Counted from the stretch's first letter, positions 25,373 to 38,932 are shown. The stretch is 64,000 nucleotides of DNA from Eledone cirrhosa (GCA_964016885.1 OZ024743.1:173662001-173726000); one strand, 5' to 3'. Made by a program: numbers and translations. Notes: generated by a model from the letters alone, not told the origin.

Positions 25373-28300
25373 TCATCATCATCATCATCATCACCGTTTT
25401 ACGTCCGTTCTTCCACGCTAGCATGGGTTAGACGGGTTGTCCTGTTGTGGGCAGTGTCTGGTCGGCTGACCATGCCTTGCTCATACAGGAACTGATCTGG
25501 CTTGATTTCTACAGCTGGATGCCCTTCCTAACACCAACCTCATTTACAGTGAGTGCTGGGTGCTTTTTCGTGGCGCCTACACGTCCACTTTACAGTGTGG
25601 GCTGGGTGCTTTTTTGCCGTGGCACCTCCACGACCACCTTGCGGTGGGGGGGGGGGGCATATTGTTTATATGCTTCAGCATGTACCCATGGGAGGTCGGG
25701 TACCCTGTATTACTGCGTGACGCCAGAAGTCACGGTCGTGTGTCATTGACTTTGAGAGGTGTAGTTGGGTAAGGTCGGCTTTTATCACCTCATCCCAAGT
25801 CATCTTGGGTCTCCCCACTCCGCGGTTTCCATCAACTTCTAGTGCTCTGCACCTTTTTATGCAGCTGTCATCCTTCATACGCATCACATGTCCATACCAG
25901 CGTAACCGCCTCTCCTGCACGCAGCATTTGATTCCTCTTATGCTCAGTCTCTCTCTCAATTCATTTATGCTTTGTCGTTCACGTATATTACTGTTACACA
26001 TCCATCGGAGCATGCAGGCTTCGTTTCTCTCTAATCTACGTAAGTCTTCCACCTTCAGCGCCCAGGTCTCACTACCATGCAACATCGCTGTTCGGATACA
26101 CGCATCATACAGTCTGCCTTTCATTCTGAGGGAGAAGCCTTTTGCAGCTAGCAGTGGTAGTAGTTCCCTAAACTTCTTCCATCCCGTTCTTACCCTAGTT
26201 ATTGTACTTTCTGAGCACCCACCTCCGTTGCTAATTCGGTCACCTAGGTAGCAGAAGCTGTCTACTGTTTCTACAGGGCCCTCCCAGAGATTGGTGGTAC
26301 TTGTTTCCTGTGGCTGTTTGCTTGCTGTTTCAGCACAGCTGCTGCATGTGAATCCTACATTCTTAATTAAGCTTCCTGAGATCCCGCTACATCTCTTGTG
26401 TACCCATTGTTTGCATTTGGGGCAAAGAATGGAGTTCCTACCTACACCTTTCCTACATACTGAGCAAGGCCATTTCCCTGAGGGGATCTGGGTTCTGTTT
26501 TCTCGTCTACTTATAAGGACCTTAGTCTTTGTCATGTTGACTTTGAGGCCCTTTCTCTCTAGTCCCTGCTTCCAGGTTTGGAATTTATTCTCTAGTTCTA
26601 CCATAGATTCAGCTATGAGTGCGAGGTCATCAGCATACAGGAGTTCCCATGGGCATCCGGTCTTAAACTCCTCCGTTATTGCCTGCAGGACTATGATGAA
26701 CAGGAGAGGGCTAAGAACAGAGCCCTGGTGGACCCCAACCTGTACGCTAAATTCCTCGCTATACTCATTGCCAATCCTAACTTTGCTGACTGCTCCCCTA
26801 TACATGGCTTGTACCGCTTTCACAAGCCATTCATCTACTCCTAGTTTTCTAAGAGCCCACCAGATTACTGCACGTGGAACTCTGTCAAAGGCTTTCTCAA
26901 GGTCGACAAATGCCAAGTAGAGTGGCTTACTTTTAGCTAGGTACTTTTCCTGTAATTGCCTCACAAGGAAGAGCGCATCAGTGGTGCCTTTCCCTGGTAC
27001 AAACCCAAATTGCATCTCGTCTATATTCACCCGGTCCCTAATCAGCTGTGCTATAACTCTTTCTGTTACTTTCATGACCTGGTCCATCAACTTTATACCT
27101 CTATAGTTTCCTCTATCTAGTGCATCGCCTTTACCTTTGTAGCAGTTGACAATGATGCTACTGCACCAATCTTTTGGTATGGCCCCCCTCTAGTATTACC
27201 TGGTTAACGATACGCGTGGTTATAGTGTGACCTACAGACCCAGATGCCTTCAGCATCTCGGCAGCTATACCCGATGGACCGGTTGCCTTCCCTATCTTCA
27301 TATCTCTGATTGCCTTACTTACTACGCTGCCGCTGACTTGTACTGCTGGTCCCTCTATAGGGTCTACGTGGGGTAGGGTCTCTTCTTCCCATGCATTCTC
27401 CTCATTTAGTAATCTATCATAATGACTCTTCCATGCATCTTTCTTCTCAGCACTTGTGAGGGCAAGCTCACCTTTATCATTCCGGATACACTTCTCTCCA
27501 ATGACATCACAACTATCTCTGACACACTGCCTCGCAATCTTGAATACCTCCTGTTTCTGGTCCTCACGTTGTAAAACATGCTTGAATTTTCTATCCTCTG
27601 CTTCCCTCCTAGCTAAGTATACTTGTCGCCTAGCTTCCCTCTTGGTCTCTATGTAATGTACCCTGCTCCCCCCGTTCTTCCATTCTTTCCATGCCTGTCT
27701 CTTGGCCTTGACTGCTTCATCTACCTTATTGTTCCACCACCAAGTCACTCTCCTCCTGCTTGAGGTCTTACTCCAGCCACAAACCTCATCCGTCGCCTCT
27801 AGTAAGTTATTTTTTTTAGGAACTCCCAGTTCTCTTCTACGTTAAATGTCTCTATCTGTTCTTCTTTACTGTCGTAGGCGTTGAGTAAAATATCTTTAAA
27901 TCTGTTACTGGTTGAGGGGACTTTCAGCTTCCAGATCTTTCTTCTCCAGGTTGGCCTCTGTTTCAGGGCTCGTCTAGTTCTGACCGTGAGGTCGCTGACA
28001 ACTAAGCTATGTTGGGATGTACATTCCTCACTAGGGAAGGCTTTTGTGTTTACGACCGTCCATCTGTCACGTCCTCTGATGAGGATAAAATCTAACTGAC
28101 TAGAGTGCTCCCCTGATCTATAGGTGATCAGGTGGTTGTCGGGTTTTTTAAAGTTTGTGTTACATATCGACATGTCATTGGCGTCGCAGAATTCTAGAAG
28201 TCTGAATCCTTCCTCATTCCTTGTGCCAACTCCATGGCCTCCATGTACTCTATTGAAGCCGTCGCAGTGTTTACCTACGTGTCCGTTAAAATCTCCTGCA

Positions 28301-28467
28301 ATGATTAGGAAGTCCTTGTCGTCTGTTAGAGCAGTAGTGTGTATTAGGGACTCGTAAAACCTATCCTTAAGTTCGTCTGGCAGCCCCGATTGGGGTGCGT
28401 AAGCTGATATTATTGTGGTAATTGTCTTATTCAGGACTGATATTATTGTGGTAATTGTCTTATTCAG
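25373..28467 (-). mobile_element. RTE LINE, about 3.1 kb, 5'-truncated (partial AP endonuclease, RT, PHD, 3' UTR), frameshifted
   Basis: APE motifs GDFNGH, QLDFILIR, SQH; RT QFGF, DLEKAFD, YADD; (CAT)n tail near 25373; tandem duplication at the truncation point 28405-28467. Confidence 0.94.
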
Positions 28468-29051
28468 TAAGAGTATTTATATGGAAGGAGTGAAGCATCA
28501 TGGGTTGTGCTTATTAGAAATATGAAAATAAATATAAAATACAAACAGTTTTTAATAACTGTCTTACTGATTCTCTCTGTTGTTTTATTTTTATGAATGT
28601 GTATATATATATATATATGTAAATCTGGCTGATCAGTGGGTCTGCAAATATGCAGATCTGACTGATCAGCCAGTCTGCTTATCAGTCACTGTATATTTCA
28701 GAAAATATATATTTTCACTAGCTCTGACAGTTGGCAGGTAAGCAGTATATGGTACTGATGAAGAGTAATCACTCACAAACCCTAGTGTTGCCATTCTGTT
28801 TATATGCCAACACAAGAGCAAGAATGACGGTCATTCTACTGACATGGCTTAAAGAGGCTGTTTGCATAATTGCTAACGAATTGAATATTATTATTAATTT
28901 AATAAAAACTCAAATTACATATATTGTATTCAACCATGTAGAGCGATAAAACTATTTGTTATATATATATAATGTGTGTATGCATCTCTCTCTATCTTTC
29001 CTTTTCTCTACATCTGTTTTGTTTGTCTCCATCTCTTTTCCCATCTGATTT

Positions 29052-29125
<74 letters not shown>

Positions 29126-30359
29126 CACAGTCACTCTGAATTTAACAGCCACCTTATTTAATAACCACTCATCCTTTTAAGGTCGATGAAAGTACCTGTC
29201 CAGTTCTGGGTTGCTTTTTCTTCTCACATCTCTCTGAAAGAAAGCGGCTGTGGGATGGACTCTGCCAGGTTAAAAATAACCTAAAACGTGTCATATATCA
29301 CAGTGGTGCCTCTACAACACCATCAGGACTTATGGGTCCATACGCATACACATATATGATGGGGGCAGCTGACTCCATAATCTTTTAAGTGCCTAGGGTC
29401 TCAAACGGACATAATTTGACCTCGCTCTGTCTCACACACACACTCACTCACTCACACCACGGTTCTCACAATTAAATAAGATTTAGTTCCATGACTGTTC
29501 TTGCACTATCCCAGAAATACTGTGTATAAAATTGTCAATCTAAGGTTTTATTACTCAGTAAATACTGCGTCAGTGAGTTAGTAATGTGTTAGTATTGAGA
29601 CAGTAAGAGATACATGTTAGTTAATTACTGTAATAATTAGATACAAGAATGCAAGAGTTGGTGTTTTGATTAACGATAATGATTTCTAAATTAGCCATGA
29701 AGCATAATTACGGTGAAGAGAAAATAGGAGGTCGTGCAATTCCTGGTTTTCCTCAAGAGTATAACTTAACATTCCAGCATGTAAACAATAGACAGTGGTC
29801 AACTATACTTTATCTAAAGAGTGACTAAGAATGGACCAGGGAGATTGATACCCAGGGACATCTCTAGCATGAAATGAGAAATGGTGTAATCAGTTTAATT
29901 GAATATACCAGGTCACTACCTCAAAACCTTTTGGTAGGGGCTCAGAGAGAAATTTTAGAAGTCAGATCAAGATTGTTTTGTGGTCCTAAGATAGGGAGCA
30001 ATTGCTTCACTTAGAAATTCAAGAAATATGTATGTGAGTCTATGTATGTCATACTGATACATGATTTCATTGATTTTAAGTGTGTATGTGTGAGTGTGTA
30101 TGGGGGCGGGGGCTCAGATATTCACTGTGCCCCAGATAAATATAACAGCTACAATTTCCTTGACCCCTCAAACTCCATACACGTGGCTTTGTATCAATGT
30201 TAAAAATCAATATCATATTTAAATTACTTTACAATTGGATTGATTTCAAATCGTCAACTGGAGTGGCACAGTAGGTGGTAAAGGGGAGGGTCTGAATATG
30301 TAAACAATACCATTCTGGTTTCAAACTAGAACTGTTTTATTTCCAAAACTGATTTCCAA

Positions 30360-31050
30360 TTGAGGCACAAAGCCAGTAATTTAAAGGAAGAGAAAGTCTA
30401 TTAAATCGTCTCAAGTATTTGATTGGTAACTTATGTTATTGATGAAAGATAAAATTGAACTCGACCGGATTTGAACTCAGAATGCAAATTTGTTCCAGGT
30501 CTTTACATTCTGAGTTCAAATCCTACCTTGGTCAACTTTGATTTTCATTCTTCTGGGGTTTTATAAAGTAAAGTACCACTTAACTACTGGGGTTTAAATA
30601 AATCAACTTTCCCTTTCCTCTAAATTTGCAGGTCTTGTGTTTAAGTTAGAAATTGTTTATTCCCTAAATTAAGAGCTATCGCTTTCAGCTACAGTTTATA
30701 TGGTATGGACTCATAACACCTGAGGGATTCGTAGGGGCACAATATTGACCATATTGACATACAGCGTTTCTAGGGTATTTATAAATCTGGCAGATCCCAT
30801 CTTCTCTTCAGGCCTGAATACAGTAGATTTCTTCCAGCGAAGGATAGAGAAAGTGAGCGAAAGGAAGTGAGAAAGAGATATAGTGGAGCAATCGACCCCA
30901 GTACTTGACTGATACTTTTTTTATCGACCTCTAAAGGATGAAGGGCAAAGTTGACCTTGGCATGATTTGAACTCAGAGAACAGAGAGATAAAATGAATAA
31001 ATACTACACAGCATTCTATCCGACATTCTAATGGCTCTGCTAATTCGCCG
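30360..31050. mobile_element. Three diverged SINE family A copies (about 30360-30490 -, 30500-30655 +, 30890-31050 -)
   Basis: B-box and core remnants. Confidence 0.65.
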
Positions 31051-31199
31051 TCTACAGTGTATATATTCAGGAATAAAACATCTGATGTTGACTGCTCTTG
31101 TATCCTACATAGCAAAACCTTGTGTAGATGTAAATATTTTATTTTAAATATTTCAACTTTAAACATAAAGTTAATTAGTTCACAAAATTATAGTCTTAC

Positions 31200-33296
31200 A
31201 TGTGACAAGTCATGTGCAGCATCGGTGCCACCTAAGCAGAAAAAACATCCCAAAAGTGCAATTTGGGAGACTGCAGCAGTCCATCTTGCCAGGAAAGAAC
31301 GTTGTAATGCTGAACGTGAGTACAAACTGCATAAATCAGATATCAATAGGAAAAAGTGAAATAAATCATCCAACCATTTCAAGCAGGTGACAAAAAAGAC
31401 AGTGCTTGAATTTGAGCAGCGCATAGCAACCAACCCTGACAGTAAGGTTTTCTGGATGTATGTTCACTCAAAGCAGAGGCCTCACTCTCCAGTTGGTCCT
31501 CTTTGCAATCACCACACAAGCCAGGTTACTGACGACCCTAAGGAATGCGCAGAACTCATTGCTGAATGCTATGCAGGCATTTTCACTGTTGAAGAACAGA
31601 GTGTACCGTCTCCACCACCTCTGATATCGGATTCTATAACAACTATGGAATTTACACCTGCAATGCTGCAACGACACCTTAAAAATAAATGCAACCATCC
31701 CTCTCTTGGTCTTGATGGTGTTACGTACCTGCTTCTCAAACGTGGTGGGTATTTCCTTCTACACCAGCTATCACGCTTCTTCCAATTCTGTCTGAACAAC
31801 GGTACTACTCTAGAACAGTGGAAAACTGCCAGTGTCATTCCTCTGTTCAAAAAGGATGTCCGCACATCACCTGTGAACTATCGTCCAGTCAGTCTTACTA
31901 GTTGCATTGCCAAACTGATGGAATTGTGTCAGAGAAACACTTTGGAACTTCTGGAACTCTCACAGTCTTATCCAGCCCTCGCAATTTGGATTTATCCCTA
32001 ACTCCAGTTGCTGTGATCAACTTATTGAGTTACTTGAAGACATCACCTGGATCACTGATGGCGGCTCATGGGTGGATGTTGTTTACCTTGACTTTGCTAA
32101 AGCTTTCAATTCTGTGCCACACAAAAGACTTATGGCAAAACTCTCTGCAATGGGTGTGAAGGATGATCTTTTTAACTGGTTGAAGTCCTTCATTCTCAGT
32201 CGAAGAGAGGCAGTCACGGTTCTAGGACAGCATTTCTCACCGTATGAGATGTCATTTGGTGTACCACAGGGATCTGTTCTTGGCCCTCTTTTGTTTGTGG
32301 CATATATTAATGACATAGATGCCAACTTAAAGAATGCCACAGTATTGAAATATGCAAATGAGATCAAGTTGTACTTTGAAATAAAAAGGACAGATCCTGA
32401 ACACTATAGATCTTGCCTGCAATCTGACCTGGACACAATGCAACAATGGATAATGGACTGGCAACTCAAGCTGGCTGTGGACAAGTGTACCACCATGCAT
32501 TTTGGGAGTAAAAACCCAGCGTCCACATACTCCCTCCACAACACTAATACCAAGAAGTCCTCTTGTGAATGTGACCTGGGCATTACTGTCAGCAGCGATT
32601 TGCGTTGGACGAACCACGTCTCTAAAATTGTCAAGAACGCTGAGGGTGTCTTAGCATCACTCAGCAAGACCTTTGTCAGCCGCTCTCCAGCTATCTATTT
32701 CAAGCTGTATATAGCTATGGTGTGACCACACTTAGAATTTGCATCATCAGACTGGAACCCCTATCTTGCTCAGAACATTGACCGCCTGGAAACTGTTCAG
32801 AAACATGTAACCAAGCGAATACCCCCCATCAGGCATCTACCATACTCTGAACGCCGTGCTTCTCGGGCATGGATACATTGAAGCTCCGACGTCTGGCAAC
32901 TGACTTGGTAAACACCCACAAAATTATTAACTATCTTCTCAACAACAACCCTGAGTACCTTTTTGACTTCCATGTGGGCATGCCAACAAAGTCAGAAAAC
33001 AGCACAGCTCCCATGACTTTCGGAAACATTTTTTCACGCTCAGAGTTGCTGAAGCATGGAACAAACTACCTGCATCAGTTGTTAGCTGTCAAGACACTGC
33101 GTCCTTTAAAACTCCCATGCTTCCTGAGATTCGCCAACACTACACCTAATATTCCCCCTCCAGACACACGCACACATGTATATAATGACTCATATACTAT
33201 TCACTTCCCTGACATTTGTATATTTTTCTATGTACTATACATGCACTTTTGATGAATTGTAGTGCACCTGAGCACTGTACACAATAATTTCATTAT
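31200..33296 (+). mobile_element. CR1-like LINE, degenerate RT
   Basis: NYRPVSLTS, DVVYLDFAKAFNSVPH, GVPQGSVLGPLLF, KYANE (YADD decayed); tail TGTAGTGCACCTGAGCACTGTACACAATAATTTCATT. Confidence 0.9.
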
Positions 33297-33849
33297 TTCA
33301 TTGGGTAATTGCTGGCCTTGTGCCTAAAGTAGAAACAATTATTATGTAAGCATCAAAACGTTTAACTTAACATTCGCGTTTAGCAATACACAAGGGAAGT
33401 AATAATAAAACAATGTATTAGAGTTACTTCCCTTGAACTTTTTCATTTTTTTTGCATACTTTTAAATATATTCTTTAGCTAAAATTCTGTAACGAACATA
33501 TTTTAAATTATTGTTAATAAAAACGTAGATATCAGCAATCAGATATATTCTTATCCGTACATACCAAATTTTCTTGTTAAAATACTCTGATGAGATAACT
33601 TGGCAATTTTTACGGAAGTCCGTACATAGTCATTAATTTTATACATTTTTTTACTAAATTGCTCCATCACGCTTAACTAATAACTCGTGTCTGATGTTGT
33701 TTTTCATATAACAAATATATAAGATTAAATAAAATACATCATGTAATCAATTATTGCTAGGAACATTATAAATATAAAACACAAAGATATATGATCAAAG
33801 TGAGATCAAGCGGTCACACCACATCATAAGGATCATCAGAAATGTTTTA

Positions 33850-34410
33850 GACAAACTAACACGTTCGTAGCATTACCGCGGCTAATGATGAGGCTAAGGC
33901 GCTGAAACAACCCTCGCCGGCATTATCTGCGCTTCGTTAAGACGAGTCGTTAACGATGACAAGAACTCCACTGTCTGTGGCTCACCTCCACCAAGCATCG
34001 CGAACGCGACAGGCTGAAACAATAGTTATTTGATAATTCCATCTATTTTAGGATTCCGTTCGGCAACGGAAGCAGTGACCCTTACATTTAGCGTGACCTC
34101 CATGATTTGGGAAAGAGCAAAAGAGTCACTCATTTTGAAGTCCCAGATAAGACTTCTATCGCCTACCCAGAGACAACGGACAAGGCCATCTAGTCACTAC
34201 CCGTCAGTTCTAGATAATCCAGCCGGCTCCAGAACTGAGGGGATATTTACCCCAGACAGGGTTCGTTTAATGATCAGATTTAGCTCGGTGTAGCGGGCGT
34301 AGCGACCAGCATTTAGACGGCAAGACAAACCATGGAGGCCTGTGGCATCGAGGAGTTTACCACAGCAACATCTCAGACCTCCCACAGACATCAGCAAACT
34401 ACCATACATC
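33850..34410 (-). mobile_element. CRE-like RLE non-LTR element, C-terminal remnant
   Basis: CCCGKLLDATGLHGLSC zinc knuckle, LEPAGLSRTDG, LIWD, LFQRLSLIISRGNA. Confidence 0.75.
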
Positions 34411-34664
34411 TATTTTTCACTAGAAACCCTATTTTCCTCGTAATAAAATGAATAAATAGAATGGAAATGAACAATGGGGCAATGAAAACGAACGGTGCTA
34501 TAGCTTAGGGTCACATACCCTCAGCGGCCTATTTGTTTTAAATATATTTTTTATGTTATCATTAAATTTTATTCTTTAACACTAAATCATCAAAAAACAT
34601 ATACATATATATATTTCCAATTCCATGCCGCCCGTCCCCTCAATCTATCTTATTTCTCATTCTT

Positions 34665-34700
34665 TCTTCTGATGAAGGACTAGCATCCGAAACGTTAAGA
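34665..34700 (+). ncRNA. Minimal hammerhead ribozyme (no intramolecular stem III)
   Basis: TCTT-CTGATGA-A-GGA CTAGCA TCC-GAAAC-GTT-AAGA; the downstream tail recurs at 47520-47580. Confidence 0.65.
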
Positions 34701-34785
34701 CCCTCTTCTTGCTATATCAAGCGTTAACCTAATATATCCCTTCTATATACTGTACCGATTGTGTTGTTATTTCTGTTTGCCTTTT

Positions 34786-34880
<95 letters not shown>

Positions 34881-35115
34881 TAAAAGTTTAAGCAAAGAAT
34901 TGCGATTCTTTGCTTAAACTTTAATCTGTTATTTTAATAAATATTTGCTCTATGGTTTTTATATATTTATATATATATTATCCTTATCGAGCCCTCTTCG
35001 AATTTTAGTCTTCACATTTATTATTATTACGGGGTCGATAAAATAAAGTACCAGTAATGTACTGAGTAATTGCTGGCCTTGTTCCTAAAGTAGAAACAAT
35101 TATTACTATATATAT

Positions 35116-35304
35116 GGCGGTGGATTGGCAGTATCGGTAGAGGGTCGGACGCCATGCTTTCCAGCATAGTTACGTCCCTTTACGATCTGAGTTCAAATCC
35201 CGCCGAGGTTGACTTTGCCTTTCATCCTTACGGGGTCGATAAAATAAAGTACCAGTAATGCACTGGGTAATTGCTGGCCTTGTGCCTAAAGTAGAAACAA
35301 TTAT

Positions 35305-35305
<1 letters not shown>
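35116..35305 (+). mobile_element. SINE family A, full length, preceded by a partial copy at 35030-35105
   Basis: Complete head, core and tail. Confidence 0.9.
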
Positions 35306-35343
<38 letters not shown>

Positions 35344-35499
35344 GATTATTAAATTTGCTAAGGTAAGATTCTATTGTTATCTTGCATTGTATGGTCTTCA
35401 AAATTATTTAAATATATATATTATTCTTTATCATTAACATTAATATAAAAGAAATAATAATTATATATTTTTAGAGAAGGGCCTCAAATTTCATATCGC

Positions 35500-36335
35500 T
35501 TAGGGCTTCAGCAGGTAAAAGTCAAGACATCTGGACTGTACTTGGAATTTTCTAACTAGCCCTACCCTATCTGATTCTGTGAAGCCCAGGTTCTTAAGAT
35601 TCGTACTGAGGCAGTTACTAACATATCCCAGAGCCGCAATGATCACGGGTACATATCTAAAGGTATAGTGAGAATGGAATATCTGCAGATTCCTCATTAT
35701 TTCAGCATGTGGAATGAGTATCGGTAGAGGGTCGGACGCCATGCTTTGAAGCATAGAGTTACCTCCCTGTATGATCTTAGTTCAAATCCCGCCGAGGTTA
35801 ACTTTGCCTTTCATCCTTACGGGGTCGATAAAATAAAGTACCAGTAATGCACTGGGTAATTACTGGCCTTGTGCCCAAAGTAGAAACAATTATTTCAGCA
35901 TAAATGTTCTCCTTTTCGCTAATCTTTAGCAATATATTGACATCTGCTGAGCAGTTGATATCCACTACTGTGTCGGCCACATCTTCTCCATCCCATATCA
36001 CTAAATCTCGTCTGTTATGTTTGCTTTTTATTTCGGTTTTGACTGGAACATTCCACCACTTCTCTTTCATATTATGTATATGTTGTTTTTATACGTTTAT
36101 TCTCTGAAGATATCCTTTCTACGGATTACAATATATAGGGTTTTGGCCGAAACATTATGCCTCATAGGTAAAGTATAACGTGATGGCATCTTTGGAAAGC
36201 TACTTATGATGTGGGCTGACATATTCGATGTTTATTCCGGTGAGTCATGTACCTGAATCCATATCTCTTTTGTGCATCAAGTATTCCGTTATTTCCTGTT
36301 CTTGGATTGTAAACGCATATCCTTCGAATTGAGAG
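35500..36335 (-). mobile_element. RLE-type (R4/NeSL-like) LINE C-terminal remnant interrupted by a SINE
   Basis: WWNVPVKT...HNRRDLVIWD...EKENIY|AEIMRNL...VPVIIAALG; SINE at 35709-35888 flanked by 13-bp TSD ATTATTTCAGCAT. Confidence 0.75.
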
Positions 36336-36446
<111 letters not shown>

Positions 36447-37129
36447 GTACGGACGCACGTCTTCGTTATTTATATCGCGTCCACCTAAAACGATTTGAAT
36501 TCAGAAAAATATATCCTTGAAGAAACTGATGAAGTTAAAGTTGTTATAGCTGCATCCAATGAAGTTTTAAATGAAACAAAACGTTGCTGAATCATATGAA
36601 AAATTAAAAAGTTCCTTTTCAACAAATTTTTTGCAACTAGAGCTTCATGGACAGGTAATTATTTGGTCACTCCAAGATAATGTCTTTGTAATAATCAAAA
36701 TTAAGAAAGTTTGTCAAATCCTTTTCTTTGAAGAATGAGAAACTCCAAGGTGTTTTTAAAGACCTACTTAATAGTAAACAGGTTAAGCGATATATCCCTA
36801 AAGTGAGGCGGCGAGTTGACAGAGTCTTTAAAACGTTGGATAGAATGCTTTGCAGTATTTGTTGCAGCGCTCTGCGCTCTGAGTTCTAATCCCGCTGAGG
36901 TCAACTTTGCCTTCCATCCTTTCAAGGTGGATACAAAATATGCCAGTCCATAACTGGGGGTAGTTCTTCCTCTATATCTCTCTTGTATGGAAGAAATCGG
37001 TTGTCTTCAAACCCGGAGAGATGTGCTTCGCCATAATTTAAAAAATGCTTAACAAACGCCGTATATCAGTATGTCGCCCCTATGACGCCACCAGCATGTG
37101 AGTAAATTGGGACCTATGTGCTGGCCGCA

Positions 37130-37310
37130 CCGCGATTCCGGTGGACAGAATAGAGAAGGCGCTTTCCCGGAGGATGGTGAGGAAGACGCGCTGAAAGAGT
37201 CATTCTAGCTCGCGGGTAGCCAACCCTGTGCCGATGGTAGTGAGGAGGGAGGTGGTCCTAGAGCCAAGGAGACCAGAAGTCTCCACGGCTACGGGCTTGA
37301 CCAAGTTTTT
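37130..37310 (-). mobile_element. Second CRE-like C-terminal remnant
   Basis: PVAVETSGLLG...LFQRVFLTILRESA. Confidence 0.6.
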
Positions 37311-38023
37311 CTTCATGAAGACACGCGGTTTTGTGGTCAGGATATTCTGATACAGTGCGCTGCATCCTTGAACAAGACACTTTATTTCACGTTGCTCTAG
37401 TCGACTGACACAAATGAGTTGTACCTGTAATTCTAATTGAGTCAGCATGAGAAGTACGTTAAGGGTACACGTGTCTTTAGAATGCTCAGCCACTTGTACG
37501 TTAATTTCGTAAGTACGCTGTTCCGTTGATCATATCAACTGGAACACTTGTCGTCGTCACCGACGGAATACCAGATATCAGTCGCTCACCGTTCTTCGTA
37601 AATGTATTTATTTATTGTCTATTTACATGGCTTGGCTCAAACTACTCCCTTGACCCTTGTCATGTGATGTGTGGCCGATTGTCGCACTTGGTCGTTTTCG
37701 TTTTTGTTTTTGCTTCCCCCTTTTTTTCTCTCTTTTATGCGTTTATGTTTGTGTTTATCAAAGACATTATATTTGTAATGTTATTCTGAAAGAATTGTGA
37801 GCAATTTGTAATGTTATTTATACAACTATGACTAAAGTTCATATTGAATTTACATTCTGAGATCAAATCCCTCTAATGTCAAATATGACTTTTATACTTC
37901 CGCCGTCGAAAAAATAAAGTACTATCAAGTACTGGAGTTGATTTAATCAACTTTCCCGTAAATGTCTGGCATTGTACCTATAAGTAATTTGAGAGTTAAC
38001 TCCCTTGTCAGTAAATATTATCA

Positions 38024-38037
38024 GTTGCTAAGGCAAC
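38024..38037. promoter_or_regulatory. RFX X-box
   Basis: GTTGCT-AA-GGCAAC, 43 bp upstream of the ATG at 38081. Confidence 0.75.
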
Positions 38038-38080
38038 AGGTACTTTGTCTATTTATTGTTTAGACAGATATTGGAATAAC

Positions 38081-38154
38081 ATGGCCGAGAGGAAATATGA
38101 TTTACTCTTAAAAGACACAAGAAATAAGAACAACAAAATCTTGCATCAACCATG
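38081..38154 (+). CDS. FAM47E: FAM47-like gene, coding exon 1 (MAERKYDLLLKDTRNKNNKILHQP-W)
   Basis: AACATGG start context, donor GTAAGT at 38155; split codon TG|G joins exon 2 in frame. Confidence 0.72.
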
Positions 38155-38438
38155 GTAAGTTGTATAATCTTACCATTTATGTGGGGTAGTCCTACGTTAA
38201 CAATTCTTATCGAGTAAAGCTATGACCAAATCCTTCCAGCCATGACTATCCGGTCTTCAAATCCTGGTGTATACTAGGATTTTTTCATTCTGATGACTGA
38301 AAGCAAATTTGTTTGCTTTCAAGAAACCACTGGTGAAATAATTATCTTATCTTATGTTGTTTATTACATAACTATATATATATATATATATATATACAAT
38401 ATTAAATAAATGGAAAACTATATTTATAAAACCATATT

Positions 38439-38504
38439 TATTTCATTATATATATTTCGGGGATATCATATTAACAATATGCTATGCCTTCATCAGACAA
38501 AATA
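38439..38504 (-). ncRNA. Minimal hammerhead ribozyme
   Basis: TATTTTGT-CTGATGA-AGGCATAGCATATTGTTAATATGATATCCCC-GAAA-TATATATA-ATGAAATA. Confidence 0.72.
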
Positions 38505-38673
38505 CAATATAAACAGTTTTATAGATAAACATATTCGACATACCGTAATAAACATCAACTTCATTTGAAGAGGTTCACTCTAGCAGTGAACCTGCTAGAG
38601 TGAACCTCTTCAAATGAAGTTGATGTTTATTACGGTATGTCGAATATGTTTATCTATAAAACTGTTTATATTG

Positions 38674-38739
38674 TATTTTGTCTGATGAAGGCATAGCATA
38701 TTGTTAATATGATATCCCCGAAATATATATAATGAAATA
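38674..38739 (+). ncRNA. Minimal hammerhead ribozyme, sense to the FAM47-like pre-mRNA
   Basis: Same motif as 38439-38504 on the plus strand. Confidence 0.72.
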
Positions 38740-38932
38740 AATATGGTTTTATAAATATAGTTTTCCATTTATTTAATATTGTAAATATACTCCAAATATT
38801 TGTCGAGTGCTTTTATATCAGTTATAAATATTTACTAGTTGTAACCCAACAATTTTAAATATAACTTTACATGTATATATATATATATATATTTTTGTTT
38901 TTTTTAAATAGAGGTGTGACACACGAGTTGTG

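Larger units (their letters stand above)
38395..38872. mobile_element. Fold-back element: 192-bp inverted arms, 5-nt loop, one-sided tail, one hammerhead per arm
   Basis: 38395-38586 is the reverse complement of 38592-38783; arms and tail are homologous to the ends of the Penelope-like element at 20180-24952. Confidence 0.9.

Noticed and set aside
25805-26920. Antisense ORFs over RTE and CR1 copies
   Set aside because: Shadow frames of RT coding sequence, repeated only because the elements are repeated.
28752-28790. Hammerhead-like CTGATGA-A-GAGT-AATC-ACTC
   Set aside because: Followed by ACAAAC rather than GAAA, and no stem I partner.
36104-36135. CTGAAGA followed by an ATCC/GGAT hairpin
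   Set aside because: No GAAA, and it lies inside an RLE LINE remnant.
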